Positions 48,453-58,640 are shown, numbered from the stretch's first letter. The stretch: DNA of 64,000 nucleotides from an uncultured Acidobacteriota bacterium (GCA_963822445.1 CAWGHO010000003.1:1-64000), one strand, 5' to 3'. Notes: a model not told the origin generated them from the sequence alone. Numbers and translations: made by a program.

Positions 48453-50437
48453 ATGCTCGTTCGCATTCGCGCGCGGCCCGACACGCTCCATCTCAGCCAC
48501 GGCTACACCGTCATGGCCACGAGCCGCGACGGGTTCGTGCATCCGGGTTCGGAAAACGGCCTGTTCGTGCGCGAGGTCCGGCTGCTGACGACGTTGCGCT
48601 ATTTCATCGACGGCGTTGCGCCGATTCCGAACGTCCTCTCCAACATCGATCAGCACTCCTTCCTCGGCTACTACATCGCCGCCGCGCCGGGCGTGCCGTT
48701 GCCGCCTCCCGATCAGGGGAGCGGTCGTGTTCCGCCGGAGTCTCAGCAGACGCTGGAGATGCGCATCTCGCGCGTGATCGGCGACTGGCTGCACGAGGAT
48801 GTCGTTCTGACCAACTTCGCCACGGCGACGACGCGGTTCACGCTGGCGATCGAGATGGAGGCGGAGCTTCAGGTCGGGTTTTCGCGGGCGCCGCGGTTTG
48901 AAGGGAACCGGGCGCTGTTCGACATCGAGCTGGAGCCGCGGGCCGAGTGGCGTCTTCGTTGGAGTGCGGCGGCTCTGCCGCCGCTTTCGAAGGCAGCAGC
49001 AGAGTTGCCGCACTCCACCATCGAAACGTCCTCGTGCGTCGTCACGGGCACCCTCCAACAAGCCGCGCGCGATCTCAACGCGCTGCTGCTCCCCGATCTG
49101 AAGACCGTCGCGGCCGGGCTTCCCGTGTACGTCGCGCTCTTCGGACGGGACACGCTGACCGCGGGCTGGCAGGCGGCGATGCTCGGGCCGGAGCTGATGC
49201 GCGGCACGCTGGAAACGCTCGCGAAGTACCAGGGCACGGTCACCGACGACGCGACCGATGAGCAACCGGGCCGGATGATTCACGAGGCGCACACCGACGA
49301 ACGAGCGCCGCAACTACGGATCGGTAACCACGTCCGGTCTTTATGCGTTCGCGCTCGCGGAGCTGTGGCACTGGACGGGCGACGCGGACATGGTGCGGCC
49401 GTTCATCGACCCGGCCATGCGCGCGCTGGACTGGCTCGATCGCGAGCGGCTGAAGAACGGCCTGTACACGTATCAGACGCGATCGCCGCACGGTGTGAAA
49501 CATCAGGCCTGGAAGGACGCGCCGGGCGCGATCGTGTACGAGGACGGGACGGAGGTCGAGCCGCCGATCGCGACGTGCGAGGAGCAGGGCTTCGTACACA
49601 TCGCCAAAGCTCCACTTCGCCGAAATGCTCTGGGCCCTCGGCATGCGCGACGACGCCCGCCGGCTGCTGCACGAGGCCATCGCTCTCAAGCAGCGATTCA
49701 ACGAGACCTTCTGGATGGAGGACCACGGCACGTACGCGCTGGCGCTCGACGCGAAGGGCAGGCAGGTGCGGTCGATTGCGTCGAACGCCGGTCATTGCAT
49801 CGCCACCGCGATCGCCGACGACGCGCACGTACGGCGCGTGGTCGACCGGCTGTTCGCGCCGGATATGTTCTCGGGCTGGGGTATCCGTACGCTCTCGTCG
49901 GATCATCCCGCGTACAACCCGTACAGCTACCACCTCGGCTCGATCTGGCCGGTCGAGCAGGGCACGTTCGCGATGGGCTTCATGCGCTACGGCCTGCACG
50001 ACCGCGTGCAGCAGCTCGCGCGTGCGCAATTCGAGGCCGCGTCGCTGTTCGATTTCTATCGATTGCCGGAGCTGTTCAGCGGCCATCCGCGCGACGACGA
50101 GCATCCCTTTCCTGCGCTCTACCCGAACGCGAACTCGCCGCAGGCCTGGTCGGCGTCGACGGTGTTCCTGTTGCTGCAGGCGATGCTCGGCCTTTATCCG
50201 TACGCGCCGCTGAACGTGCTGATCGTCGATCCGCATCTTCCGGACTGGCTGCCCGAGGTCACGTTGCGCGATCTGCGTGTGGCCAAGGCGACGGTGACGA
50301 TCCGATTCACCGGAACGTCATGGGAAGTGCTGGCGAAGGAAGGCAAACTGCATGTCGTGCAGCAGCCGTTGCCCTGGTCGCTGACGGCGGGGGTGGGGGA
50401 GAGGTTGTTCGATCTGGTGAAGAGCGTCGTGAAATGA
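48453..50437 (+). CDS. Glycogen debranching / amylo-alpha-1,6-glucosidase family protein, frameshifted
   Basis: AAGLPVYVALFGRD, DEQPGRMIHE; shift near 49300 to HQAWKD...CEEQG; shift near 49610 to SNAGH, YNPYSYHLGSIWP, RLPELF, PQAWSA. Confidence 0.85.
48960..49017. repeat. REP-like palindrome (GGAGTGCGG family) inside a CDS
   Basis: TGGAGTGCGGCGGCTCTGCCGCCGCTTT...GCCGCACTCCA; same family as 6340-6407. Confidence 0.75.
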
Positions 50438-52338
50438 GGTTCAAAGGCTCAGAGGCGCAAAGGCCCAAAGGCTGGGTCATCACCGCTTTGAGCCTTTGCG
50501 CCTTTGAGCCTTTGAGCCTTGGACAACTTCACGAATCCATCACCGTCACCGCCACCCGCACCGAAACGCGCGTGGCCGACACCCCGGCGAGTGTGGTCGT
50601 ACTGTCGCGCGAGGAGATCGAGAACACGGCGGCGCCGACGATCGATGACGCGCTGCGGCAGGTCGCCGGCTTCACGTTGTTCCGGCGGACGGGGAGCCGC
50701 GTCGCGAATCCGACCTCGCAGGGAGTGACGCTTCGCGGCGTCGGCGCGAGCGGTGCGTCGCGCGCGCTGGTGCTCGATGACGGCGTGCCGCTCAACGATC
50801 CGTTCGGCGGTTGGGTGTACTGGGGACGCGTGCCGCGAGCGTCGCTGCAGCGGGTCGAGGTGCTGCGCGGCGGCGCGTCCGATCTCTACGGCAGCTCGGC
50901 GATGGGCGGGGTCGTTCAGTTCATCCGCCGCAAGTCGCCGGCGCTTTCCGTCGACGTGAGCGCGGGATCGCAGGACACACGCACGTTTTCGTTTTTCGGG
51001 GCGATGCAGCGCGGAATCTGGAACGGCAGCATCGCCGCCGATCTGTTTTCGACAGGCGGCTACACGCTGGTGCGCCAGCAGCGCGGCCGGGTCGACGTCG
51101 ATGCTGACTCCGATCACACCAACGTCGACGTCACGCTACGCCGCAAGCGGGTCTTCCTTCGCGGCTCGCGCTATTCGGAGTCGCGCAGCAACGGCACGCC
51201 GCTGCAGGTGAATGACACGGAGATCTGGCAGGTCTCCGCGGGCGGCGAGATCGGCGCGCTTGCGTTGCGCGCGTACGGAAGCAGGCAGGATTACTTTCAG
51301 ACGTTCTCCGCGGTTGCCGAGGATCGCAACTCCGAGCGGCTCACCGTCGAGCAGGCCGTCCCCTCGCGCGGCTACGGCGGCACGGTGCAGTGGACGAAGC
51401 CGTTCCGCGAGCGCCACGTTTTCGTCGCCGGAGCGGAAGCGCGCGACGTTCGCGGAATGAGCGAGGAGCTGCGCTTCACTGCCGCCGGCACGTTTCGCGT
51501 CGACGCCGGGGGAACGCAGCGAAGCGCCGCGGCCTACATCGAGGATCTCTTCGCGATCACGCCGTCGCTGAGCGTGACCGGCGGCGTCCGCGCGGACTGG
51601 ATTCGCAGCGATGAGGTTTCCGAGGGGCAGGTCAATCCGCGGGTGTCACTCCTGTGGCGGGCGAATGAGGATCTCGCCGTTTCCGCGTCGGGCTACACCG
51701 CCTTCCGCTCGCCGACGCTCAACGAACTGCATCGCGGATTTCGGGTCGGCAACGTGAACACGCTGCCGAACGCGCGTCTCGAATCGGAAAACCTCACCGG
51801 ATTCGAGGTCGGCGCGCGGCTGCGGCATGCGCGGGTCACGCTGTTCTGGATGACCGTGAGTGACGCCATCGCCAACGTCACACTCTCCGCCACCCCGGCC
51901 CTCATCACCCGCCAGCGCCAGAACCTCGGCCGCACCCGCTCGCTCGGCGCGGAGCTCGACGGCGAGTGGCGTTTCCATCGCGACTGGCGAGCATCTGCGA
52001 GCTGGCTGTACGTCGATGCTCGCGTTCGCGATGGCGAGTTGCGCGGGAATCGCGTTCCGCAGGTACCGCGACATCAGGCCACGGCGCAACTGACCTGGAA
52101 AACAGTCGGCGCGCAACTGCGCTGGTCAGCATCGCAATTCGACGACGATCGCAATGAGCTGCCGCTGGCGGGGTTCTTCGTCGCGGACGTGTTTGCGGCG
52201 CATCCGCTCTCGCGCGATCTCGACATCACCGTGGCGATCGAGAACCTGTTCGATGAGACTGTGGAGGCGAGCGCGACGCCGGTGATCACCATCGGGCAGC
52301 CGCGGGCGGCGCGTGTTGGGCTGAGGTTCAATCGCTGA
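50434..52338 (+). CDS. TonB-dependent outer membrane receptor
   Basis: TonB box ESITVTATR, plug LRGVG...LVLDDGVP...RVEVLRGGASDLYGSSAMGGVV, NLFD, terminal GLRFNR. Confidence 0.9.
   Translation: MRFKGSEAQRPKGWVITALSLCAFEPLSLGQLHESITVTATRTETRVADTPASVVVLSREEIENTAAPTIDDALRQVAGFTLFRRTGSRVANPTSQGVTLRGVGASGASRALVLDDGVPLNDPFGGWVYWGRVPRASLQRVEVLRGGASDLYGSSAMGGVVQFIRRKSPALSVDVSAGSQDTRTFSFFGAMQRGIWNGSIAADLFSTGGYTLVRQQRGRVDVDADSDHTNVDVTLRRKRVFLRGSRYSESRSNGTPLQVNDTEIWQVSAGGEIGALALRAYGSRQDYFQTFSAVAEDRNSERLTVEQAVPSRGYGGTVQWTKPFRERHVFVAGAEARDVRGMSEELRFTAAGTFRVDAGGTQRSAAAYIEDLFAITPSLSVTGGVRADWIRSDEVSEGQVNPRVSLLWRANEDLAVSASGYTAFRSPTLNELHRGFRVGNVNTLPNARLESENLTGFEVGARLRHARVTLFWMTVSDAIANVTLSATPALITRQRQNLGRTRSLGAELDGEWRFHRDWRASASWLYVDARVRDGELRGNRVPQVPRHQATAQLTWKTVGAQLRWSASQFDDDRNELPLAGFFVADVFAAHPLSRDLDITVAIENLFDETVEASATPVITIGQPRAARVGLRFNR
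50436..50520. repeat. Inverted octamer tandem-repeat element (AAAGGCTC/GAGCCTTT)
   Basis: About 4 units in each orientation, overlapping the receptor N-terminus. Confidence 0.75.
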
Positions 52339-52347
52339 TGTTCTTTC

Positions 52348-52455
52348 AGTTTATCCCGCGCGAAGACGCGGGATCTCCTGGTGCACGAACGCGAATCGTG
52401 ACGAGCGATCCTGTCGGTGCACTGAGAGATCCCGCGTCTTCGCGCGGGATAAACT
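52348..52455. repeat. Long REP-like inverted repeat
   Basis: Perfect 30-bp arms AGTTTATCCCGCGCGAAGACGCGGGATCTC (52348-52377 and 52426-52455), each arm itself a hairpin. Confidence 0.85.
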
Positions 52456-52465
52456 AAAAAAAAGC

Positions 52466-52747
52466 ATGGCCTGGAAGATCGAGAAACAAGCAAACGGCAA
52501 GTACGCCGTCTTCTCCACACGACTCAAGGACTACGTGGTCATCGACGCAACGGCCGAGGAGATCCAGCAGATTTACGCGGACAAAGGTGTGAAGGTCTAT
52601 CTCGCCAGCGCGCGGGCGCAGATGGCCAAGGACGTTTCGGTTTCCGCGGATGGCGAGGCGTTGATCGAAGCGAGCCGCAAGCGTGGCGCGCCGCCGAAAG
52701 AGCCGCCCGGACCGATCGGCGCGACGGGATTTTCCGATGACGATTGA
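52466..52747 (+). CDS. Hypothetical protein
   Basis: 93 aa, MAWKIEKQANGKYAVFST; genome-typical codons; overlaps the next gene. Confidence 0.6.
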   Translation: MAWKIEKQANGKYAVFSTRLKDYVVIDATAEEIQQIYADKGVKVYLASARAQMAKDVSVSADGEALIEASRKRGAPPKEPPGPIGATGFSDDD

Positions 52748-53486
52748 CGTCGATGCTTACCTGGCCCGCATCGGCTACGAAGGCTCGCGCGAGCCCTCGT
52801 CGGAATCTCTGCGCGAGCTTCACATTCGCCACCTGCTCTCCGTCCCCTTCGAGAATCTCGACATTCACTGGAAGCGTCCCATCGTCGTCGACGTCGATCG
52901 CTTTCTGCACAAGATCCTCGAGGAGCGCCGCGGCGGGTTCTGCTACGAGTTGAACGGCGCGTTCGCAGCGTTGCTGCGCGAGCTCGGATTCGACGTGCAG
53001 ATGCTTTCGGCGCGGGTGATGTCCGCTGACGGCAACTTCGGTCCGGAGTTCGATCACATGGCCCTGCTGGTGAACGGCGCGTGGATCGCCGACGTCGGCT
53101 TCGGCGAATCGTCGCTCGTTCCGTTGAACGTCGACGGGACGCCGGAAGGCGGGTACCGCGTGATCGACGGGCAGTATCAGGTAATGCGCGACGGCGAATG
53201 GGTTACGGAGTATCTCTTCACGATGACGCCGCGCGAGCTCGCTGAGTTCGGACCGATGTGCGACTTTCAGCAGACCTCGCCGCTCTCGCCGTTCACGAGA
53301 AAACGGGTGATCACCGTCGCGCGCGAAGACGGGCGGATCACGTTGACCGCGGACAAGTTGATCGAGACGAAGAACGGCGTTCGTCAGGAAACGGCGGTGG
53401 AGGATTGGGAGAAAGCCTTGTGGGAGACGTTCAACGTACGGTGGCCGTCCCGGCCGCCTTCGCCGGGCATCCTGCCCGGCAGGTAG
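52737..53486 (+). CDS. Arylamine N-acetyltransferase
   Basis: YLARIG, VPFENLD, RRGGFCYELNG, DHMALLV, ADVGFG. Confidence 0.92.
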   Translation: MTIDVDAYLARIGYEGSREPSSESLRELHIRHLLSVPFENLDIHWKRPIVVDVDRFLHKILEERRGGFCYELNGAFAALLRELGFDVQMLSARVMSADGNFGPEFDHMALLVNGAWIADVGFGESSLVPLNVDGTPEGGYRVIDGQYQVMRDGEWVTEYLFTMTPRELAEFGPMCDFQQTSPLSPFTRKRVITVAREDGRITLTADKLIETKNGVRQETAVEDWEKALWETFNVRWPSRPPSPGILPGR

Positions 53487-53535
53487 CGCGGAGCGGGACG
53501 CTCCGCGCGAGGCGGGCGGGACGCCCGCCGTACGT
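53434..53535. repeat. Composite REP-like multi-hairpin element
   Basis: ACGTACGG...CCGTACGT ends enclosing CCGGGCATCCTGCCCGG, CGCGGAGCGGGACGCTCCGCG and GGCGGGCGGGACGCCCGCC hairpins. Confidence 0.7.
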
Positions 53536-54737
53536 CAGACCCGCCGGCGCGTCTTCGTAGGCTTCTTCTCCAGCTCTTCCCACGGCTCGACGCCGGGCAC
53601 CGTGCAGCGCGGGATCCTTTCGCCGAGGGTCTCTTCGATCTTCGCGACCATGGGCAGGTCCTGCCAGGTGGCGATCGTCGAGACGATTCCGATCGCGCTG
53701 CCGCGGGCCGTGCGGCCGGCGCGGTGCACGTAATCGTCGGTGTTCTCGGGGATGTCGAAGTTGATGACCTGCTGGATGCCGGGGATGTCGATGCCGCGGC
53801 CGGCGATGTCCGTGGCCACGAGAATGCGATGTTCGCCGGCGCGGAAGGTCTTCAGCGCATCGACGCGCTTGCCCTGGGACTGATCGGCGTGGATGCGCGC
53901 CACGGGATGCCCCTGCCGTTCGAGGATGTGGAACAGCCACTCCGCATCGACCTTGCGCCGCGTGAAGACGAGCGTGGATCCGAGCTCCTGGTGCAGCAAC
54001 GCGAGCAGCGCGTTGCGCTTGTCCGCTTCCTTCACCAGATACACCCGGTGCGTGATCCCCTCGGCCGCCACGCCCACGGGCATGATGTCGATGCGCACCG
54101 GCTCGCGCATGAAGTCGCGGGCGATCATCTCGATCGAATCGGGCATGGTCGCGGAGAACATCAGCGTCTGCCGGTCGCGCGGAACGCGGCGGAGAATCTC
54201 CCGGATCTGCGGGAGGAATCCGAGGTCGAGCATGTGGTCGGCTTCGTCGAGGACGAGCATCTCGATCTTGTCGATGCTCGCCGTACGCCGCTTGACGTGA
54301 TCCATGAGCCGGCCGGGCGTGGCCACGATGATGTCCGGGCCCGCGCGGAGCTCATCGAGCTGCGGCTTCATCTTCACGCCGCCGATGAGACAAGCGGTCT
54401 TGAGGTCGTGATGCTTGCCGAAGAGATCGAGAAAGGCCTTGGTCTGCAGGGCGATCTCGCGCGTCGGCGCGAGGATCAGTCCGCGGACGCCGCGTCCGTG
54501 CACGAGCTTCTCGGCCAGCGGCAGGACGAACGCGGCGGTCTTGCCCGAGCCGGTCTGGGCGAGGCCGATGGCGTCCTTGCCGGTCAGGGCGGTGGGGATG
54601 ATGGCGGCCTGAATCGGCGTGGGATGCTCGAACCCGATTTTCTCGACGGTCGAGACGATCTCGGCGCTGAGGCCGAGGTTTGAAAAGCTTTTGTCGGTCG
54701 TGGCGACCGGGTGTTGTGGGATGGCTGCGTTGAACAT
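53535..54737 (-). CDS. DEAD-box RNA helicase (RhlE-like)
   Basis: PTPIQ, AQTGSGKT, PTRE, LDEAD, FSAT, YVHRAGRTAR. Confidence 0.95.
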   Translation of the reverse strand: MFNAAIPQHPVATTDKSFSNLGLSAEIVSTVEKIGFEHPTPIQAAIIPTALTGKDAIGLAQTGSGKTAAFVLPLAEKLVHGRGVRGLILAPTREIALQTKAFLDLFGKHHDLKTACLIGGVKMKPQLDELRAGPDIIVATPGRLMDHVKRRTASIDKIEMLVLDEADHMLDLGFLPQIREILRRVPRDRQTLMFSATMPDSIEMIARDFMREPVRIDIMPVGVAAEGITHRVYLVKEADKRNALLALLHQELGSTLVFTRRKVDAEWLFHILERQGHPVARIHADQSQGKRVDALKTFRAGEHRILVATDIAGRGIDIPGIQQVINFDIPENTDDYVHRAGRTARGSAIGIVSTIATWQDLPMVAKIEETLGERIPRCTVPGVEPWEELEKKPTKTRRRV

Positions 54738-54818
54738 TTCTCTCTATATCTGCGCTGTCGATCTTGATCCGCACTGGTGCCCGAGGCTTTGCCAATCAGC
54801 GCTGCGGGCCGTGCCCGC

Positions 54819-55178
54819 CTATTTGAAGACTCTCACATAAATCGCCAGATTGAGCAGGAGGACGAAGGCGCCGATGGCGATCTCCAGCCCCCGCGTCAGC
54901 CCGGCAGGGTAAATGATCGGCATGATGTAGTGGGCTACGAATCCGGTGTCGTACCCGGCCCGCCCCGCCGCCCGGATGAAATGGTTCTCCCACTTCGTGA
55001 GCGGACACCACCACCCCGCGAACTCGATCAGCACGCCCCAGATCGCCGCCGGGATATGCACCCACATCAGCTTCGGCCAGCGGAGGACGAGAAACCCGCC
55101 GAGTAAGACAAAGATGATGAAGGCGAGGTGGAGGAGCGCGATCGCGGTTGCGGCGAGGTTGTAGGACATTTGCTTCAT
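54819..55178 (-). CDS. DUF2784 membrane protein
   Basis: LHLAFIIFV..GG, HIPAAIWG, CPLTKWE, GFVAHYI.PIIYP. Confidence 0.85.
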   Translation of the reverse strand: MKQMSYNLAATAIALLHLAFIIFVLLGGFLVLRWPKLMWVHIPAAIWGVLIEFAGWWCPLTKWENHFIRAAGRAGYDTGFVAHYIMPIIYPAGLTRGLEIAIGAFVLLLNLAIYVRVFK

Positions 55179-55239
55179 TCGCGTGCTGAACGAGGTAGGC
55201 CGGAGGCCCACACTACACGACTCCCTATAATGCCCGCCG

Positions 55240-56967
55240 ATGAAACGGTCCCTTCCCCTGGTTCTCTTCCTGTTTGCGCTCGGATGCGCGAGTGTGGCGC
55301 CGCCGCCGGCCGCCGGTCCGGTGCACGTCGTTCTGGTCCACACCACCGACGTTCATGGCTGGTTCAACGGTCATGCGGAGGCCCCTCCGGGCGGCGGGCC
55401 GGGGGTCATCTGGGGTGGTCTGCCGACGCTGGCCAGCTACATCGAGATCCTTCGCAAGGTCCATGACGACCGGGTGATCGTCGTCGATTCCGGGGATATG
55501 TTTCAGGGCACGCTGGAGTCGAATCTGTTCGAAGGGGCGGCGGTCGTCCGCGGCTACAACCGCATCGGCTACGCCGCGGCCGCGGTTGGAAATCACGAAT
55601 TCGACTACGGGCCTCTCGGCGAAGACGTCGTCGCCCGCAAGCCCGGCGACGACCCCCTCGGCGCCCTCAAGCGCAACACCGAGCTGGCCATGTTCCCCTT
55701 TCTGTCCGCGAACATGGTCGAGAAATCGACCGGCCAGGTTCCCGCCTGGGCGAAGCCGTACACGATCGTCAATCGTGGCGGCGCAAAGATCGGCATCATC
55801 GGTCTCTCCACTCCCGACACGCCGAACGTGACCATGGCCGCGAACGTGATCACGCTCTCCTTCACCGATCCGATCACCGCGACCATCGATGCCGCGAAAG
55901 ATCTGCGCGAGCAGGGCGTCGACGCGGTCATCGTCATCGCCCACATGGGCGGCCGCTGCACGAAGTTCGACGACCCGCACAACGTCGACTCCTGCGAGCA
56001 GGAGCACGAGGCCATGAAGTACCTGCGCGGCCTGCCCCCGGGCACGATCGACGCGTTTTTCGCGGGCCACACCCACGCCCGCATGGCCCACTACGTCGAC
56101 GGCGTCCCGGCCATGCAGGGGCTCGCGCTGAGCCGCGAGTTCTCGACGCTCGAGCTCTGGATCGACACGCAGAACGACAAGGTCACGAAGAGCGAGATCC
56201 GCCCGCACACGATGATCTGCTCGTTCGTCTACGAGGGAACGGAGGAGTGCGATCCGCGGAGCGGGGCAGGCAAGAAACTCGTTCCGCGTGTCTTTCACGG
56301 CACGACCGTCGAGCCGGATCGCCGCGTCGCGGTCGCCCTCGAGCCTTACCTCAAACAGGTTGCCGCGAAGCGCGAGCAGAAGCTCGGGATCAAAGTCGCG
56401 ACGCTCTTCACGCGCAGCTACTCCGGCGAGTCGCCGCTCGGCAATCTTCTCGCGGACGCCATCCGCGAAGGCACGGAGAGCGACATCGGCTTCATGAACT
56501 CCGGCGGCATCCGCGCGGATCTCGTGGCCGGCGATCTCGTGTACGGCGACATCTTCGCCGTCAGCCCGTTCGACAACTTCCCCGCTGTCGTGACGATGAC
56601 CGGCAGGCAGGTTCGCGATTTCCTCCTGGCCACGACCACGGGCACGCGCGGGATCATGCAGGTCAGCGGGCTTCGCTACGTGGTCGACGCTTCAAAGGAG
56701 GGAGATGCGCGGCTCATCTCCGCCACGCTGCCGAGCGGCGAGGAGTTGCAGATCGGCAAGACCTACAAAGTGGCCATGCCTGATTTCGTGGCCGGCGGCG
56801 GCGATGGAACGCAGGACGTGATGAAGGACGTGGGCACGGCGAACGTGCAGATCTACTTCGCGAACCCGATCCGCGACGTGGTCATCGACATCCTGAAGAA
56901 GAGAAGCCAGCCGCTGGTGCCGAAGACGGAAGGGCGGATCACGATCCTGAACTTGCCGCCAAGGTAG
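55240..56967 (+). CDS. 5'-nucleotidase / UDP-sugar hydrolase family lipoprotein
   Basis: Lipobox ALGC; HTTDVHG, DSGD, GNHEFD, GHTH, NSGGIR, PFDN. Confidence 0.92.
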   Translation: MKRSLPLVLFLFALGCASVAPPPAAGPVHVVLVHTTDVHGWFNGHAEAPPGGGPGVIWGGLPTLASYIEILRKVHDDRVIVVDSGDMFQGTLESNLFEGAAVVRGYNRIGYAAAAVGNHEFDYGPLGEDVVARKPGDDPLGALKRNTELAMFPFLSANMVEKSTGQVPAWAKPYTIVNRGGAKIGIIGLSTPDTPNVTMAANVITLSFTDPITATIDAAKDLREQGVDAVIVIAHMGGRCTKFDDPHNVDSCEQEHEAMKYLRGLPPGTIDAFFAGHTHARMAHYVDGVPAMQGLALSREFSTLELWIDTQNDKVTKSEIRPHTMICSFVYEGTEECDPRSGAGKKLVPRVFHGTTVEPDRRVAVALEPYLKQVAAKREQKLGIKVATLFTRSYSGESPLGNLLADAIREGTESDIGFMNSGGIRADLVAGDLVYGDIFAVSPFDNFPAVVTMTGRQVRDFLLATTTGTRGIMQVSGLRYVVDASKEGDARLISATLPSGEELQIGKTYKVAMPDFVAGGGDGTQDVMKDVGTANVQIYFANPIRDVVIDILKKRSQPLVPKTEGRITILNLPPR

Positions 56968-57535
56968 CGCGTTCGCGAACGCGCTTCACGACCTGCCAGA
57001 GCGCGAAGACGAGAATGGCCAGGGCGATGGGGACGATGACCGGCGCGAAGATGGCGATGATCGACAGCACGAACGCCAAAACATCTTCGGCCAGCGAGAT
57101 GAACGGATTCGCGCAGCCGAACGTCGCCGCCGATGACGCGACGCGCGTCCCTGCCTTCAGCGTGTGAAAGCCGAGCGAGGCCGGTGCGCCGACCATGATT
57201 CCCACCAGCGCCGCGACGGTGGGATCGAGACCGGTGAGTACCGATGCTGACGCGACCGCGCCGGCAACGGGCCGCACGAACGTGCCGATGGAATCGAGGA
57301 AGTGATCGACCGCGGGGACTTTGTCGGCGACGAGCTCCGCGATGCACGCGACGATGAGCACGATGATCGCGACGTCGGAGGAGAGCCACTCGAAGCGCTC
57401 GCCGAGGGAGATGCCGGCGATCTGAAACTTCGCCGCTGCCGCGAGCAGGAGCAGCGGCAGAAAGGTATTCAGACCGGTCGAGGCGGAGAGCCCGAGGCCG
57501 AGGAGAAGCGCGAGAATCAGGCTGCCTGTTTCCAC
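56939..57535 (-). CDS. DUF4126 membrane protein
   Basis: GLNTFLPL, ELVADKVPAVDHFLD, RPVAGA, SLAED. Confidence 0.85.
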   Translation of the reverse strand: METGSLILALLLGLGLSASTGLNTFLPLLLLAAAAKFQIAGISLGERFEWLSSDVAIIVLIVACIAELVADKVPAVDHFLDSIGTFVRPVAGAVASASVLTGLDPTVAALVGIMVGAPASLGFHTLKAGTRVASSAATFGCANPFISLAEDVLAFVLSIIAIFAPVIVPIALAILVFALWQVVKRVRERATLAASSGS

Positions 57536-58524
57536 CGTGCTACTCCCAACTCGATCTGCCTGTGCAGAAAGTCCCGGAACTCGATCCCGGCTACGCGCAG
57601 CTCCTGGGGAACGAGCGAGGTGACGGTCAGTCCGGGGAGGGTGTTGGTCTCGAGATAGTAGATGTCGTCGCCGTCGACGAGCATGTCCGTGCGGGAGTAA
57701 CCCTCGCATCCGAGGCCGGTGTGCGCGGCGACGGCGACGGCTTGTGCGGCGCCGGCCAGGTCATCGGAAATGTTGGCGGGGCAGATCTCGCGCGTGCCGC
57801 TGCCGAGGTACTTGCCGGCGTAGTCGAATTCGCGGCCGGGATCGACTTCGATCTCGATCACGGCCAGCGCTTGCGGCCCGGAGCCGTCGTCGATCACGCC
57901 GCAGGTCAGCTCACGGCCGCTGATGAACTGCTCGACCATGTAGGGCACGCGGATGTCGGGAATGGGATCGTTCCGGCCGATGAAGAAGAGGCCGCGGCTC
58001 GATCCGCCGGCCACCGGTTTGAGGACGACGCGCTCGTGACGCTCGAGCATGTCCTCGACGACGGCCTGCAGCTCCTGGGCATTGCGCGCGTTCCGCGATT
58101 CGGCCACGCGGACTCTTCCCGCGAGCGCTTCCTTTGTGCGTGTTTTGTCGAAGGCGATCGCACTCGTCTCCGCGCCGGAGCCGGTGAACGGAATCCCCCG
58201 CTTCTCGAACATGGCCTGGAGCGTCCCGTCCTCGCCGCCGGTGCCATGCAGGGCGAGCAGGAAGACCGGGTTCTCGACAGGCAACGCGTCGAGAGCCATC
58301 TCGATGTCCTGAAAAATCGCCGGCCGCGCCGGAACGAAATCGATCTCGAACGGCCGCTGGTGGCCGAGCAGATCGTCGACGGAAACGTCGTGAATGCCCC
58401 CCTCCGGAGCCCAGAACCAGGCCAGAGGTTTATCGAGGGCGCGAACGATGGCCTGAGCCGAAGCGACGGAGACGTGGCGCTCGTCGGATGGGCCGCCAAA
58501 GAGGACGATGATGGTGTGGTTCAC
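57517..58524 (-). CDS. ddl: D-alanine--D-alanine ligase family protein
   Basis: GGPSDERHVS, LHGTGGEDG, KPVAGGSS, FDYAGKY, RTD, ETNTLPG. Confidence 0.85.
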   Translation of the reverse strand: MNHTIIVLFGGPSDERHVSVASAQAIVRALDKPLAWFWAPEGGIHDVSVDDLLGHQRPFEIDFVPARPAIFQDIEMALDALPVENPVFLLALHGTGGEDGTLQAMFEKRGIPFTGSGAETSAIAFDKTRTKEALAGRVRVAESRNARNAQELQAVVEDMLERHERVVLKPVAGGSSRGLFFIGRNDPIPDIRVPYMVEQFISGRELTCGVIDDGSGPQALAVIEIEVDPGREFDYAGKYLGSGTREICPANISDDLAGAAQAVAVAAHTGLGCEGYSRTDMLVDGDDIYYLETNTLPGLTVTSLVPQELRVAGIEFRDFLHRQIELGVARWKQAA

Positions 58525-58552
58525 GGGTGGGGGATGGTGCAATCTAACTGCC

Positions 58553-58640
58553 GTTACGAGGTTACGGGGTTTCGGGGTTACGAGGTTTTTCTCCTTACCT
58601 CGTAACCCCGAAACCCCGTAACCCCGAAACCCCGAAACTA
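58553..58640. repeat. Inverted octamer tandem-repeat element (GTT[A/T]CG[A/G]G)
   Basis: About 4 forward and 5 reverse units; sibling at 63621-63690. Confidence 0.8.

Noticed and set aside
49390-52338. 982-aa ORF suggesting a glucosidase-TonB receptor fusion
   Set aside because: Artefact of frameshifts in the debranching gene; the receptor has its own ATG at 50434 overlapping the upstream stop
54775-54800. TGGCA upstream of the DEAD-box helicase as a sigma54 promoter
   Set aside because: No GC at the GG-N10-GC position
58553-58640. Short repeats as a possible CRISPR array (also 21666, 22965, 50436, 63621)
   Set aside because: Units are 7-8 bp, tandem and inverted, with no unique spacers and no cas genes
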